This document shows, piece after piece, positions 42,663-56,189 of a DNA stretch of 64,000 nucleotides. The DNA comes from Eledone cirrhosa. Lineage: Eukaryota. The notes below the pieces were generated by a model, which saw only the letters and a program-made list of their open reading frames with translations, searched no databases and was not told where the DNA came from. Where the stretch lies: NCBI GenBank assembly GCA_964016885.1, contig OZ024750.1:40920001-40984000 (forward strand). Reading direction: 5' to 3'. A program made the translations under genes and the position numbers. Numbering within the stretch: the stretch's first letter is position 1; every line of letters begins with the position of its first letter.

Positions 42663-44391
42663 TGTAAATCTCAAACAGAAATGAACTCAAGAACTTCATT
42701 CAGAATTTCGAAACTGGATTAAATATAAATATACATCTTCAAATACAGATTAACAGCTTTTACGTTTCTTCAAATAAACAACATCTTTCTTGCTACTCAT
42801 TGATCAATATACATCAGCAAATACGTTCTGATTTAAAATTATGACATTACAGATAGTAGATAGTGTTTAGAAGAAAGTCTTGCATTATATATTATAATTC
42901 TAACCCATGGAAGCATGGAAAATAGATATGAAACAATGATGTTGATGATGATGAATTTGTATAGAAACACTGATCTCCTCAATAACTTTATTTAAAGAGT
43001 TTAGAAATCTTATAAAAAAATTTACAAGCTACGAAAATGTCAAAAATGAAAAGCTTGTCAACTGTATACTGTTTTTATTTTTTCTATGTTCAGTTTTAAG
43101 ATTAACTTTTCGTTTGCATATTTTTAATGAAAGACACTGCCTATGATTTTCACGTCATTTTGAAAATAATCGAGAATTTGAAGGGATTTAGTAATATAAC
43201 TTTCTCATTTTTAAGCTGGTGTTTTGAGAATAACTTATCAAAGATTCTTAAAGAAAATTACGATCGAAGGTTTTTAGATATAAATTCTTTAAAACAAGCA
43301 ACATTGTATTGTAGAACCAGGGGCAGTTTCGGACAGTTTAGTATCAAGAGTTGAGGCTGGAATAAAAATATAAGTATTTAATAAGCCATAAAAGTGTTCT
43401 TTCTCCGCAATTATATTCTTAATATGATGTGTCAGTAAAATATGATACTGTGCAGAATATAAAGTGGTTGGTGTTAGGAAGGGCACCAAGATATATGAGT
43501 ATGATGTCGTCATCATCATCATCATCGACTGACATCTATCTTCCATGCTAGCATGGGTTAGACCAAAGAGTAATTCTGAATATGAGGTAACTCAAACCAT
43601 GACAACCTATCCAACCCATGTCAGCATGGAGAACAGATGTAAAATGATAATGAATGCTGATACCACACTTACCACTAGGCCACACGGGTTCAATTCCAAG
43701 GCTGGGTTGTGTGTTGTGTTCTTGAGCTAAACGCTTCATTTCATGTTGTTCCAGTATACTCAGATTACCAGCAATAGCTGAGGGTTTAACCTTGTAATAG
43801 ACTGGCGTCTTGTCTAGGGGAGTCTTGTACTCTCAGTTGTTTCAAACCATGGAAACTGGGATAAGCACCGGCTCGTTGAGCTTCTGGGCTCCAGACTGGG
43901 CTCGAGACAAGCTTTAGACTTTAGAATGGTGATATAAATGATAGGATAAACGACAATGATCCCATAACTCCTTGTGGAGTCGCAGAGGCTCTGTCATAGG
44001 GTGTGTCTAGGGCACTTTTAAACTGGCAGAGCCCAACCCTCTCCAGGTCTAAACACAGCCAATTTTTTCTATAGATCAAGAATCGACCCCAGTACAGGAC
44101 TGGTACTATTTTTTTTGTCGACCTGGAAAGAATGAAAGGTAAAGTTGACCACGGCACGATTTGAACTCATGCCGCGCAATAAGGTGGGATGAATACCGTA
44201 ACCCTTTCTGTCCAACGTCTTAACAACTCTGCCAATTCACTGCCTTACTATAAATACCATGCATTAAACTCTGTATTTTCATCATCATCATCATCATCAT
44301 CATGAATCCACATCCCCATGCTAGCAAGATTTGGACATCTTGCCTATTTCAGAACTACTACTACTACTACTACTATTACTACTACTGCTGC

Positions 44392-45425
44392 TCTCATTTA
44401 TTCCTGAGAGGGTTGTGGAGGGGCAGAGTTCTCAAACACTCTTTCCAGCAGATCCTTTCATAAGCAACCATTCTCAATTGATCTAGTTGGATCCCTAAAC
44501 AAGACCAACTGAGCTCATGAATTTTATCCAACCATCTTGCTCTAGATCTTCCCCTGGGTTTCCTGTTGTTGGTTAATTTTACCAGTAAAATCTGTCAAGT
44601 GATTCATTCCTGAGACATTCTAACCATATGTCTGTAATATTGGAGCTGTGATCTCTGAATTTGGAGAAGTAGCAGCTCTATCTGGAGCAACTCTCTCACC
44701 CCTGAGCTACACACTCTGTCTACTGACTCATTCCTGAGACATTCTAACCATATGTCTGTAATATTGGAGGTAGCAGCTCTACCTGGAGCAACTCTCTCAT
44801 CCCTGAGCTACACACTCTGTCAAGTGATTCATTCCTGAGACATTCTAACCATATGTCTGTAATATTGGAGCTGTCATCTCTGAATTTGGAGAAGTAGCAG
44901 CTCTATCTGGAGCAACTCTCTCACCCCTGAGCTACACACTCTGTCTACTGACTCATTCCTGAGACATTCTAACCATATGTCTGTAATATTGGAGGTAGCA
45001 GCTCTACCTGGAGCAACTCTCTCATCCCTGAGCTACACACTCTGTCAAGTGATTCATTCCTGAGACATTCTAACCATATGTCTGTAATATTGGAGCTGTC
45101 ATCTCTGAATTTGGAGAAGTAGCAGCTCTATCTGGAGCAACTCTCTCACCCCTGAGCTACACACTCTGTCTACTGACTCATTCCTGAGACATTCTAACCA
45201 TATGTCTGTAATATTGGAGGTAGCAGCTCTACCTGGAGCAACTCTCTCATCCCTGAGCTACACACTCTGTCAAGTGATTCATTCCTGAGACATTCTAACC
45301 ATATGTCTGTAATATTGGAGCTGTGATCTCTGAATTTGGAGAAGTAACAGCTCTACCTGGAGCAACTCTCTCATCCCTGAGCTACACACTCTGTCCAGTG
45401 ATTCATTCCTGAGACATGTCAAGTA
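44392..45425 (-). mobile_element. RTE (Expander-like) fragment with an internal 225-bp (124+101) tandem amplification
   Basis: Homologous to 41975-42335; CTGTCAAGTG recurs at 44592, 44817, 45042 and 45267. Confidence 0.82.
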
Positions 45426-45678
45426 ATGTTTCTCAGAGGAACCCCATTTCGGCTGTTTATATTCAAATCTATAATTAATAATTAAAATCCTATTTAAATT
45501 CAATAATTTCTTTTATTGAAATATAATAACCTAAATATTTATACTCTATTAATAGAGTACACATTACATATATCACATTAGAAACATTTTAATTCTAAAA
45601 ATATATATTTTCCTAATTTAATATTTAACAGCAATAAACTCTATATGTTAGGTTGAATAATATATATAGATACACACA

Positions 45679-45712
<34 letters not shown>

Positions 45713-45924
45713 TATGCAAGCTTGGAAAATAGACATTAAATGTTGTGATGATGATGATGATGATTATCTACCTACACACACACGTAAATGCACACACACA
45801 CAAATGCACACACACACACACACACACAACAATTTTTCAGTAGTTATATATTTAATTCTACCAATTCAGATTCCATAATTTATTAGAAATATTTAGTTCT
45901 GGTATATATATGTATATATACCAG

Positions 45925-45958
<34 letters not shown>

Positions 45959-45997
45959 ATATACATATATATATACACACACACACACATATATATG

Positions 45998-46029
<32 letters not shown>

Positions 46030-46491
46030 CACACACATATATCTTTGAAAGCAATCTTCGTTGCAACTCTGTTGTGAAAATAAATCATGACTCAAATCTA
46101 TGGAAAAAAAAGTAAAATTTGCGAATTATTGATCTTCAAGAAAAATTTAGACAGAATCTAACCATTTGTCATTCTAGAGAAAAATGGAACGTTAACTGAT
46201 CTTACGCATCTAGAATATCCATAGCAACTAACTTGATGAGATTTAACTAGCTGAACTATTCAACCATACCTAGCATTTATAATGTATTAACTGTGCACAG
46301 AAAATGTTTACCTCTTCTGAAGATTTGGGGAGGTGTTTTAATTTCCATACTGCTGGGAATCTTAGATTCAAACCTTCTTAACCTTTTCCTCACCATACTT
46401 CTAATGAAAGACGCTACCTATGTATTTTAAGTAATTTTGAAAATAATCAAGAATTTGAAAGGATTTAATAATACAACTAATTTTCACATTA

Positions 46492-46940
46492 TTAACCCTT
46501 TAGCATTTAAACCGGTTGTATCTGGCCAAAATTCTCTCACCTCTTTCTACTCAAACCGGCTGTAACCAACCAACATTCTCTCACCACTTTCTATTCAAAC
46601 CGGCTGTACCTGGCCAAAATTCTCTCACCTCTTTCTACTCAAACCGGCTGTACCTGGCCAAAATTCTGTCACCTCTTTTTACTCAAACCGGCTGTACCTG
46701 GCCAAAATTCTCTCACCTCTTTTTACTCAAACCGGCTGTAACCAGCCAGAATTCTGTCACCTCTTTCTGTTGAAACTGGCTGTAACCAGCCCCTCATACT
46801 GATTTTAAGGTATTGTTTTCAAAATAAATAATATAAAAATCTCATAGATTCGATATTATGTGAAATAATTGTGTAAGATAAAGCCTGCTCCACGAAAATA
46901 CAATAGTATATATAAAGTAATGTAAATGCTAAAGGGTTAA
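46492..46940 (+). mobile_element. piggyBac-like MITE family A with internal ~43-bp tandem repeats
   Basis: TTAA-CCCTTTAGCATTTA ... TAAATGCTAAAGGG-TTAA: perfect TIRs and TTAA duplication splitting the host repeat at TTATTAAGCTGG. Confidence 0.85.
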
Positions 46941-47077
46941 GCTGGAATTTGAAACTGATTAACAAAGATTCTTACAGGAAATTATGATGGAAGGTTTTAG
47001 ATAAATATGATTCTGATTTCGGCTCAAGGCCAACAATTTTGGGGAGGGGAAGTCGATTAAATTGACTCCGGTGTGAT

Positions 47078-47392
47078 ACTGGTACTTTATTTTATCGACC
47101 CTGTAAGGATGAAAGGCAAACTAACCTCAGCCCAATTTGAACTCAAAACGTATTTTTCTTGTTATTAAGCAGGTGTTTTGAGCAAAACTTAAAGATACAT
47201 AAAATTGTTTATTTTAAAGTATTTATATTTATCTTTTAGATAAATATAAATACTTCCATCATAATTTTATATATCTTTAAGTTTTGCTCAAAACACCTGC
47301 TTATTAACCAAAAAAATACGTTCTGAGTTCAAAATGTGCTGAGGTTAGTTTGCCTTTCATCCTTACAGGGTCGATAAAATAAAGTACCAGTA
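47078..47392. repeat. Imperfect fold-back palindrome of a SINE family 1 3' half plus flanking repeat
   Basis: Centre AAGTATTTATATTTATCT-TTT-AGATAAATATAAATACTT near 47240; diverged ~150-bp arms. Confidence 0.8.
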
Positions 47393-47602
47393 ATGTACTG
47401 GTTAATTGTTGGCCTTGTGCCAAAGTAGAAACAATTGTTAAGCTGGTGTTTGGAGCATAACTCAACAAAGGTTCTTACATAAAATTATGATGGAAGGTTT
47501 TAGATAAATAGAAACAAGCCTTCTATCCTAGATCCAGATATGGTTTCAGGTGGTTTGTTGTGAAAAGGGTTAAAGGTAATTTATAAACTATGTATTTTGT
47601 AG

Positions 47603-47648
47603 TTAGTGTTACCATAGCAACAGATGGAAGCAGCAGATATTTTCTCAG
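47603..47648 (+). other. Candidate 46-nt exon and/or RFX X-box
   Basis: TATTTTGTAG acceptor, CAG/GTAAAT donor, open frame SVTIATDGSSRYFL; contains GTTACCATAGCAAC at 47608-47621. Confidence 0.3.
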
Positions 47649-48519
47649 GTAAATTATAAACTAGGTTTTGTTGCAAATGATATTATATTAAAGTAGGTGG
47701 CAAGTCAGTTGTTAAAGCTTAAGACAACATACCTTGTGGTGTTTGTTTCAGCTCCTAACTTGGGTGAACCTTTACTTTCATCCATCTAGGGGTCAAGAGG
47801 TGGATTATCAGAATTATTAGGGCTTTAGACGAGATGACTTGAGGTGTTTTCTACATTTATCTCTCTCTCCTTCTCTCTCTCTCCATCTCTCTCTCTCTCT
47901 CTCTCCCTTCTGCCCTCCCCCTCTCTTACCTACTGCCCCTTCTCTCCCACCCAACCCCACAACCTCCCACTCTCCCTTCCCTTATCTCCCTCTCACCCCT
48001 CTCTCTCCCTCTCTCTTCCTATTTATTCCCTCTCCCTCTTTCTCCCCCTCTTGCCTCTCCCTCTTTCTCCCCCTCTTCTCTCTCCCTCTTTCACCCCCCC
48101 CCCTCACCACATAGTTACTCAGTGATATATCAAACCTTGTGTTATAAAACTATTAATCTATCATTAGGACAAATAATCAGTTGAGAATTAAGCTGTGTAT
48201 CATCATCATCATCATCATTTTACGGCCACTTCTCCCTGCTTGTGTGTGTATATTATATGTATATATGTGTGTGTGTATATTATATACATATGTGTGTGTC
48301 TATATATTAGATATATGTGTATGTGTATATATATATATTAGATATATGTGTGTGTATATATATATATTAGATATATATGTGTGTGTGCCTATACATTATA
48401 TAGATGTGTGTGTGTGTGTATATACATGTGTGTGTGTGCGTATATACATATGTGTGTGTATATATACACACATACACAACTGAAAGTCAATGTAGCCATA
48501 TTTCTATTTCTAGCAGACA

Positions 48520-48700
48520 TTGGCAGTATCAGTAGAGGGTCGGACGCCATGTTTTCCAGCATAGTTACGTCCCTTTACGATCTGAGTTCAAATCCCGCCG
48601 AGGTTGACTTTGCCTTTCATCCTTACGGGGCCGATAAAATAAAGTACCAGTAATGCACTGGGTAATTGCTGGCCTTGTGCCTAAAGTAGAAACAATTAAT
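48520..48700 (+). mobile_element. SINE family 1 copy
   Basis: Matches family consensus. Confidence 0.87.
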
Positions 48701-48924
48701 ATATAAATTATAGATACATTACCTTCATTAGCAGGTTTTTTTTATAAAAGAAATTGCTGATAGAATTATATTTGTTTATATAGCTATGTAGAGTAAAACT
48801 AGAGAATATCATAAACTGAGCCAAAATATCAGGAATTTTGACTGTCATCAGGTGTAAATTACAACAAAATGGTCTGCAAGGAGTTTTTTTCTTTTTCTTG
48901 AAATCATAAATTAGGGGCGATATC

Positions 48925-49255
48925 ATCATTTCATTTCATTTTACGTCCGCTTTTCCCTGCTTGCAAGGGTGGGATGGGAACTGATTCTGGCTTGATTTCT
49001 ACAGCTGGATGCCCTTCCTAACACCAACCTCATTTACAGTGTGGGCTGGGTGCTTTTTTTCCGTGGCCCCCTACACGTCCACTTTGCAGTGGACCCCAGT
49101 CCCTCTCATCTCATTTCTACAGCTGAGTGAACTGGAGAAATGTGAAATAAAGTGTCTTGCTCAAGGAAACAACACATCACCCGGTCTGAGAATTGAACTC
49201 ACAACCTTTCTATTGCAAGGCCAATGCTCTAACCACTAAGCCATGTACCTCCATA
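48925..49255 (-). mobile_element. SINE family 2 copy
   Basis: Reverse complement of 12170-12505 with a small deletion. Confidence 0.87.
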
Positions 49256-49746
49256 TGACAAATGATATTATCTCTCTAGATTTAACCAAGTTTATTGAAC
49301 TCTTTTCTAAAGTTTGAAGAAAAGTACACAAGAATGAACTTTTCTGCAAATTTTACAACAGGCAGTACACTGTGGCCTTGAGCAAGATACTTTATTTCAT
49401 GCTGTTCCAGTCCACACAGCTGGCAAGAATGAGTTGTAGTTGTAATTCAAAGGGTGAACCAATTGGAACACTCATCACCAGAATCGGTGGAGTTCCAACA
49501 CTAGTTAGGATCTACAGCCAGCCTCCTTCAACATCATCGCCAGAATCGGTGGAGTTCCAGCAAGTTTAGATCTACAGCTAGCCTCCTTCAGCTTCATCAC
49601 CAGAATCGGTGGAGTTCCAACTCACGTTTGGATTTAGAGCTTCCTTTAGTATTGTCATTGGAACCAGTGAAACTCCATGTTTGGATCTAAAACCTGCTTC
49701 TGTAGAATTTTCTTCCTCTCCACTTTAGTTGGACATTAATACAACA

Positions 49747-49939
49747 TTAACCCTTTAGTATTTAAACCAGCCATATCCAGCCAGAATTCTCTCCCTCTTT
49801 CTGTTTAAACTGGCCACTCATACCGATGTTAAGATATTATTCTCAAAATAAATAATAGCAAAATCTCATAGATTCAATATTGTGTGAGGTAAAGCCTTTA
49901 CCATGTAAATATAGAGTAATGTAAATACTAAAGAGTTAA
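49747..49939 (+). mobile_element. piggyBac-like MITE family A
   Basis: TTAA-CCCTTTAGTATTTA ... TAAATACTAAAGAG-TTAA. Confidence 0.78.
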
Positions 49940-50142
49940 ACATACATTTGTCTGTGAAATACTCAGTCACTTGCATGTTAATTTCATGGGTAGGTTGTTC
50001 TATTGTTCTAAGAACTGGTACACTCATTGGAATCGACTGGAAATGCAATATGTTTGGATATACAACCAGCCTGCTTCATCATCATCATCATCACAACAAC
50101 CTGTAGAGCCCCAACATGTTTGGATAAGTAGAATCTTCTTCC

Positions 50143-53100
50143 TCTCCACTTTAGTTGGACTTTAATACAACTGGTACACCAGATGGCACCAGTAGAGCTC
50201 TCCAACAGGTTTGGGCCTACAGCCTGCTTCAGGAGAGGTTCTGTCTCCACTTTGGATGGACTTTAATACAACTGGTACACCAGATGGCACCAGTAGAGCT
50301 CTCCAACAGGTTTGGGCCTACAGCCTGCTTCAGGAGAGGTTCTGTCTCCACTTTAGTTGGACTTTAATACAACTGGTACACCAGATGGCACCAGTAGAGC
50401 TCTCCAACAGGTTTGGGCCTACAGCCTGCTTCAGGAGAGGTTCTGTCTCCACTTTAGTTGGACTTTAATACAACTGGTACACCAGATGGCACCAGTAGAG
50501 CTCTCCAACAGGTTTGGGCCTACAGCCTGCTTCAGGAGAGGTTCTGTCTCCACTTTGGATGGACTTTAATACAACTGGTACACCAGATGGCACCAGTAGA
50601 GCTCTCCAACAGGTTTGGGCCTACAGCCTGCTTCAGGAGAGGTTCTGTCTCCACTTTAGTTGGACTTTAATACAACTGGTACACCAGATGGCACCAGTAG
50701 AGCTCTCCAACAGGTTTGGGCCTACAGCCTGCTTCAGGAGAGGTTCTGTCTCCACTTTAGTTGGACTTTAATACAACTGGTACACCAGATGGCACCAGTA
50801 GAGCTCTCCAACAGGTTTGGGCCTACAGCCTGCTTCAGGAGAGGTTCTGTCTCCACTTTAGTTGGACTTTAATACAACTGGTACACCAGATGGCACCAGT
50901 AGAGCTCTCCAACAGGTTTGGGCCTACAGCCTGCTTCAGGAGAGGTTCTGTCTCCACTTTAGTTGGACTTTAATACAACTGGTACACCAGATGGCACCAG
51001 TAGAGCTCTCCAACAGGTTTGGGCCTACAGCCTGCTTCAGGAGAGGTTCTGTCTCCACTTTGGATGGACTTTAATACAACTGGTACACCAGATGGCACCA
51101 GTAGAGCTCTCCAACAGGTTTGGGCCTACAGCCTGCTTCAGGAGAGGTTCTGTCTCCACTTTGGATGGACTTTAATACAACTGGTACACCAGATGGCACC
51201 AGTAGAGCTCTCCAACAGGTTTGGGCCTACAGCCTGCTTCAGGAGAGGTTCTGTCTCCACTTTGGATGGACTTTAATACAACTGGTACACCAGATGGCAC
51301 CAGTAGAGCTCTCCAACAGGTTTGGGCCTACAGCCTGCTTCAGGAGAGGTTCTGTCTCCACTTTGGATGGACTTTAATACAACTGGTACACCAGATGGCA
51401 CCAGTAGAGCTCTCCAACAGGTTTGGGCCTACAGCCTGCTTCAGGAGAGGTTCTGTCTCCACTTTAGTTGGACTTTAATACAACTGGTACACCAGATGGC
51501 ACCAGTAGAGCTCTCCAACAGGTTTGGGCCTACAGCCTGCTTCAGGAGAGGTTCTGTCTCCACTTTAGTTGGACTTTAATACAACTGGTACACCAGATGG
51601 CACCAGTAGAGCTCTCCAACAGGTTTGGGCCTACAGCCTGCTTCAGGAGAGGTTCTGTCTCCACTTTAGTTGGACTTTAATACAACTGGTACACCAGATG
51701 GCACCAGTAGAGCTCTCCAACAGGTTTGGGCCTACAGCCTGCTTCAGGAGAGGTTCTGTCTCCACTTTAGTTGGACTTTAATACAACTGGTACACCAGAT
51801 GGCACCAGTAGAGCTCTCCAACAGGTTTGGGCCTACAGCCTGCTTCAGGAGAGGTTCTGTCTCCACTTTGGATGGACTTTAATACAACTGGTACACCAGA
51901 TGGCACCAGTAGAGCTCTCCAACAGGTTTGGGCCTACAGCCTGCTTCAGGAGAGGTTCTGTCTCCACTTTGGATGGACTTTAATACAACTGGTACACCAG
52001 ATGGCACCAGTAGAGCTCTCCAACAGGTTTGGGCCTACAGCCTGCTTCAGGAGAGGTTCTGTCTCCACTTTGGATGGACTTTAATACAACTGGTACACCA
52101 GATGGCACCAGTAGAGCTCTCCAACAGGTTTGGGCCTACAGCCTGCTTCAGGAGAGGTTCTGTCTCCACTTTGGATGGACTTTAATACAACTGGTACACC
52201 AGATGGCACCAGTAGAGCTCTCCAACAGGTTTGGGCCTACAGCCTGCTTCAGGAGAGGTTCTGTCTCCACTTTAGTTGGACTTTAATACAACTGGTACAC
52301 CAGATGGCACCAGTAGAGCTCTCCAACAGGTTTGGGCCTACAGCCTGCTTCAGGAGAGGTTCTGTCTCCACTTTGGATGGACTTTAATACAACTGGTACA
52401 CCAGATGGCACCAGTAGAGCTCTCCAACAGGTTTGGGCCTACAGCCTGCTTCAGGAGAGGTTCTGTCTCCACTTTAGTTGGACTTTAATACAACTGGTAC
52501 ACCAGATGGCACCAGTAGAGCTCTCCAACAGGTTTGGGCCTACAGCCTGCTTCAGGAGAGGTTCTGTCTCCACTTTAGTTGGACTTTAATACAACTGGTA
52601 CACCAGATGGCACCAGTAGAGCTCTCCAACAGGTTTGGGCCTACAGCCTGCTTCAGGAGAGGTTCTGTCTCCACTTTAGTTGGACTTTAATACAACTGGT
52701 ACACCAGATGGCACCAGTAGAGCTCTCCAACAGGTTTGGGCCTACAGCCTGCTTCAGGAGAGGTTTTGTCTCCACTTTAGATGGACTTTAATACAACTGG
52801 TACACCAGATGGCACCAGTAGAGCTCTCCAACAGGTTTGGGCCTACAGCCTGCTTCAGGAGAGGTTCTGTCTCCACTTTAGTTGGACTTTAATACAACTG
52901 GTACACCAGATGGCACCAGTAGAGCTCTCCAACAGGTTTGGGCCTACAGCCTGCTTCAGGAGAGGTTCTGTCTCCACTTTAGTTGGACTTTAATACAACT
53001 GGTACACCAGATGGCACCAGTAGAGCTCTCCAACAGGTTTGGGCCTACAGCCTGCTTCAGGAGAGGTTTTGTCTCCACTTTAGATGGACTTTAATACAAC
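50143..53100. repeat. 101-bp satellite, about 29 near-identical copies
   Basis: ORF track repeats every 101 bp; main variants TTTAGTTGG and TTTGGATGG. Confidence 0.98.
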
Positions 53101-53468
53101 GTTAAACACAGATGTGTCTGTGGAATGCCCAGCCACTTGCAAGTCAATTTCATGAGCAGGTTGTAGACTCGTTGGACCCCGTGTAGGTCCAACACATGTT
53201 TGTACATGTTTGTATATTTGAATGTTCAGCCTACTTGAGAAGAACCTTCCTCTATGTTAGTTTTAATACAGCTACAGCAATTGTCTTAGAATACTTAATA
53301 GCTGAACTATCAAACAGGCTAAAGAAAGATCATCTGATAAACTTAAAAGAAAGATAACTTGGTTAAATTATTGAATTCTTCTTCTTCTTCGATGGCTGAT
53401 CATCTTCTATACATACACATGTATATATCTACACATGTACATATATATATATCATATATATGTATATG

Positions 53469-53499
<31 letters not shown>

Positions 53500-53536
53500 A
53501 TGCAAGCAGCAGGGAAAAGTGGACGTAAAATGATGA

Positions 53537-53581
<45 letters not shown>

Positions 53582-53679
53582 TGCTCTATGTATGTTTCTA
53601 TTTATTTTCATCTCTAGATAACATCACAGTATATAAAGTACACTATCTCAATAGCAATCTCTTTTACCTGCAAGCATTG

Positions 53680-54457
53680 GCAGTAGTAGTAGTGGTGGTA
53701 GTGGTGGTGGTGGTGGTGGTAGTAGTGCTGGTGGTAGTAGTGGTGATCGTAGTAGTAATAGTGGTGGTGGTGCTGGTGGTAGTAGTGGTGATCGTAGTGG
53801 TAGTGGTGGTGGTAGTAGTGGTGGTGGTGGTAGTAGTGGTGATCGTAGTAGTAGTAGTGGTGGTGGTGCTGGTGGTAGTAGTGGTGATCGTAGTAGTAGT
53901 AGTGGTAGTGGTGGGGGTAGTAGTGGTGATCGTAGTGGTGGTGGTAGTGGTGGTGGTAGTACTAGTGGTGGTAGTAGTGGTGGTGGTAGTAGTGGTAGTA
54001 GTGGTGGTAGTGGTGGTGGTAGTGGTGGTGGTAGTAGTGATGGTAGTACTAGTGGTGGTAGTAGTGGTGGTAGTAGTATTGATATATCAACACTAACTTA
54101 TCTCTTTCTAACATCTACTTACTACTACCACCACCGTTACTACTATTACTACAACTACTTATTACCACTGCTTACTACTACTACTACCACTATTACTACT
54201 ACTACCATTACTACTACTACTACTACTACTACCACCATTACTACTACTACTACTACTACTACCACCATTACTACTACTATTACTACTACCACCACCACTA
54301 CTACTATTACTATTTATTTATTACTACTACCACCACTACTACCTTTACAACCACCACTACTACTACCTGTACTACAACCACTACTACCACCACAAGCGCC
54401 ACTACCACTACCACCACTACTACCACCACAAACGCCACTACCACTACTACCACCACC

Positions 54458-54492
<35 letters not shown>

Positions 54493-54660
54493 CACTACTA
54501 CCACCACCACCACCACTACCACCACTACTACTACCACTACCACCACAAACGCCACCACCACCACTACTACCACTACCACTACCATCACCACCACCACCAC
54601 CACCACCACCACTACTACTACTACCACCACCACCACCACTACCACCACCACCACCACTAA
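53680..54660. repeat. (GTA/GTG)n tract followed by an opposite-strand (TAC/CAC)n tract
   Basis: 53680-54078 GTG/GTA; 54113-54660 CTA/CCA. Confidence 0.9.
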
Positions 54661-54945
54661 CAATAGCTATACTGTTGTGATGTGCCAAGACTGACTTGGA
54701 AGCTTGTAACTATATCTATTCTAGTGCTAACCTGTTTTATATGTAGTTGGGAAGATATAATGTTAGTTCACTGTATATTATATATAGTTACTATATATAT
54801 ATATATATATAGTAACTATATATAATATACAGTGAATCAACTATATACACACACAATATATATATATATATATAGTTGGTTCACTGTATAATATATATAG
54901 TTACTATATATATATATAGTAACTATATATAATATACAGTGAATC

Positions 54946-54984
<39 letters not shown>

Positions 54985-55129
54985 ATATATATATATATAT
55001 ATATATATATAGTTGGTTCACTGTATAATATATATAGTGACTATATATATATATAGTTGGTTCATTGTGTATCTGTTAGACATGCAGTGACTAACAACAG
55101 AATGTTTTAAGTCTGCGTGTCTGACATAT

Positions 55130-55356
55130 ATGCGTAGCTTGTGAATAAAAAATTCAAGGGGTATCGCTGGCCGTGGTGATCCCTCCCAAACATCTTTTGT
55201 AATGTATCGTCTTATTGGCTAATCAACCAACGAGAGTAATTGTTGCTCAAAAGCATCCGCCACTTTGTTTGCACGTTTATTTATCGTTTCGCTTTCGAAT
55301 CTTCCTCCAGTATTTCGTCGTTTATCATCAAAATATTTTTCTCGTTTTGGTAAGTT
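55130..55356 (+). promoter_or_regulatory. Possible promoter or non-coding first exon
   Basis: Unique, relatively CpG-rich island; ATTGG (reverse CCAAT) at 55214; G/GTAAGT donor at 55350. Confidence 0.3.
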
Positions 55357-55497
55357 ATATTGTTAATTTATATATGATTTTTTTAAATTTATATTAACTA
55401 TTAAAAGTCTGAAAATATTTTTATACATCTTACAATAATATTTGTAAGATCATTTATAAAATAACAATTATATAATCTAATTACATTACAACGATAA

Positions 55498-55680
55498 TTG
55501 AATTGGCAGTATTGGCAGAGGGTCAGACATGCTTTCCAGCGTAGTTACGTCCCTTTACGATCTGAGTTCAAATCCCGCCGAGGTTAACTTTGCCTTTCAT
55601 CCTTACAGGGTCGATAAAATAAAGTACCACTAATACACTGGGTAATTGCTGGCCTTGTGCCAAAAGTAGAAACAATTATT
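55498..55680 (+). mobile_element. SINE family 1 copy
   Basis: Matches family consensus. Confidence 0.86.
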
Positions 55681-55735
55681 AATATATATCCTGTTTAACT
55701 AGAGTTATTACAAGCGTTGCCTTAAAAAAATATTA

Positions 55736-56189
55736 AACTAGACCTGAAAAATGCGCAAGCTCAAAAGAGCCACAGCAAGTTATAATAAACCTTCAAAAGT
55801 GTGGGACTAGAGTTGTTGCTCAAAAATATTGTAATCATTATCTATATCTATCGTACACTCTGTGGCATCCTTTTATAAAAAAGAGACTCATAACGAACTT
55901 AAGACGACACGATAATTATTTAAGTGAATTTATAATATAGAATTCGGTTTAAGTGCATTTCGTATTAATCATTACTAAACATCTAATATGAGATATTGAA
56001 CATTAGCTTAAATGATTATCGTGTCGTCTTGAGTTCGTTATGAGTCTCTTTTTTATAAAAGGATGCCACAGAGTGTACGATAGATAATGATTACAATATT
56101 TTTGAGCAACAACTCTAGTCCCACACTTTTGAAGGTTTATTATAACATTCTGTGGCTCTTTTGAGCTTGCGCATTTTTCAGGTCTAGTT
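55736..56189. repeat. ~185-bp inverted repeat with an 82-bp spacer, possibly Penelope-derived
   Basis: 55736-55924 is the near reverse complement of 56007-56189. Confidence 0.85.

Noticed and set aside
50143-53100. Tandem small genes or CRISPR array (repeated 70-85 aa ORFs)
   Set aside because: The 101-bp period is not a multiple of three and has no spacers; the ORFs are by-products of the satellite
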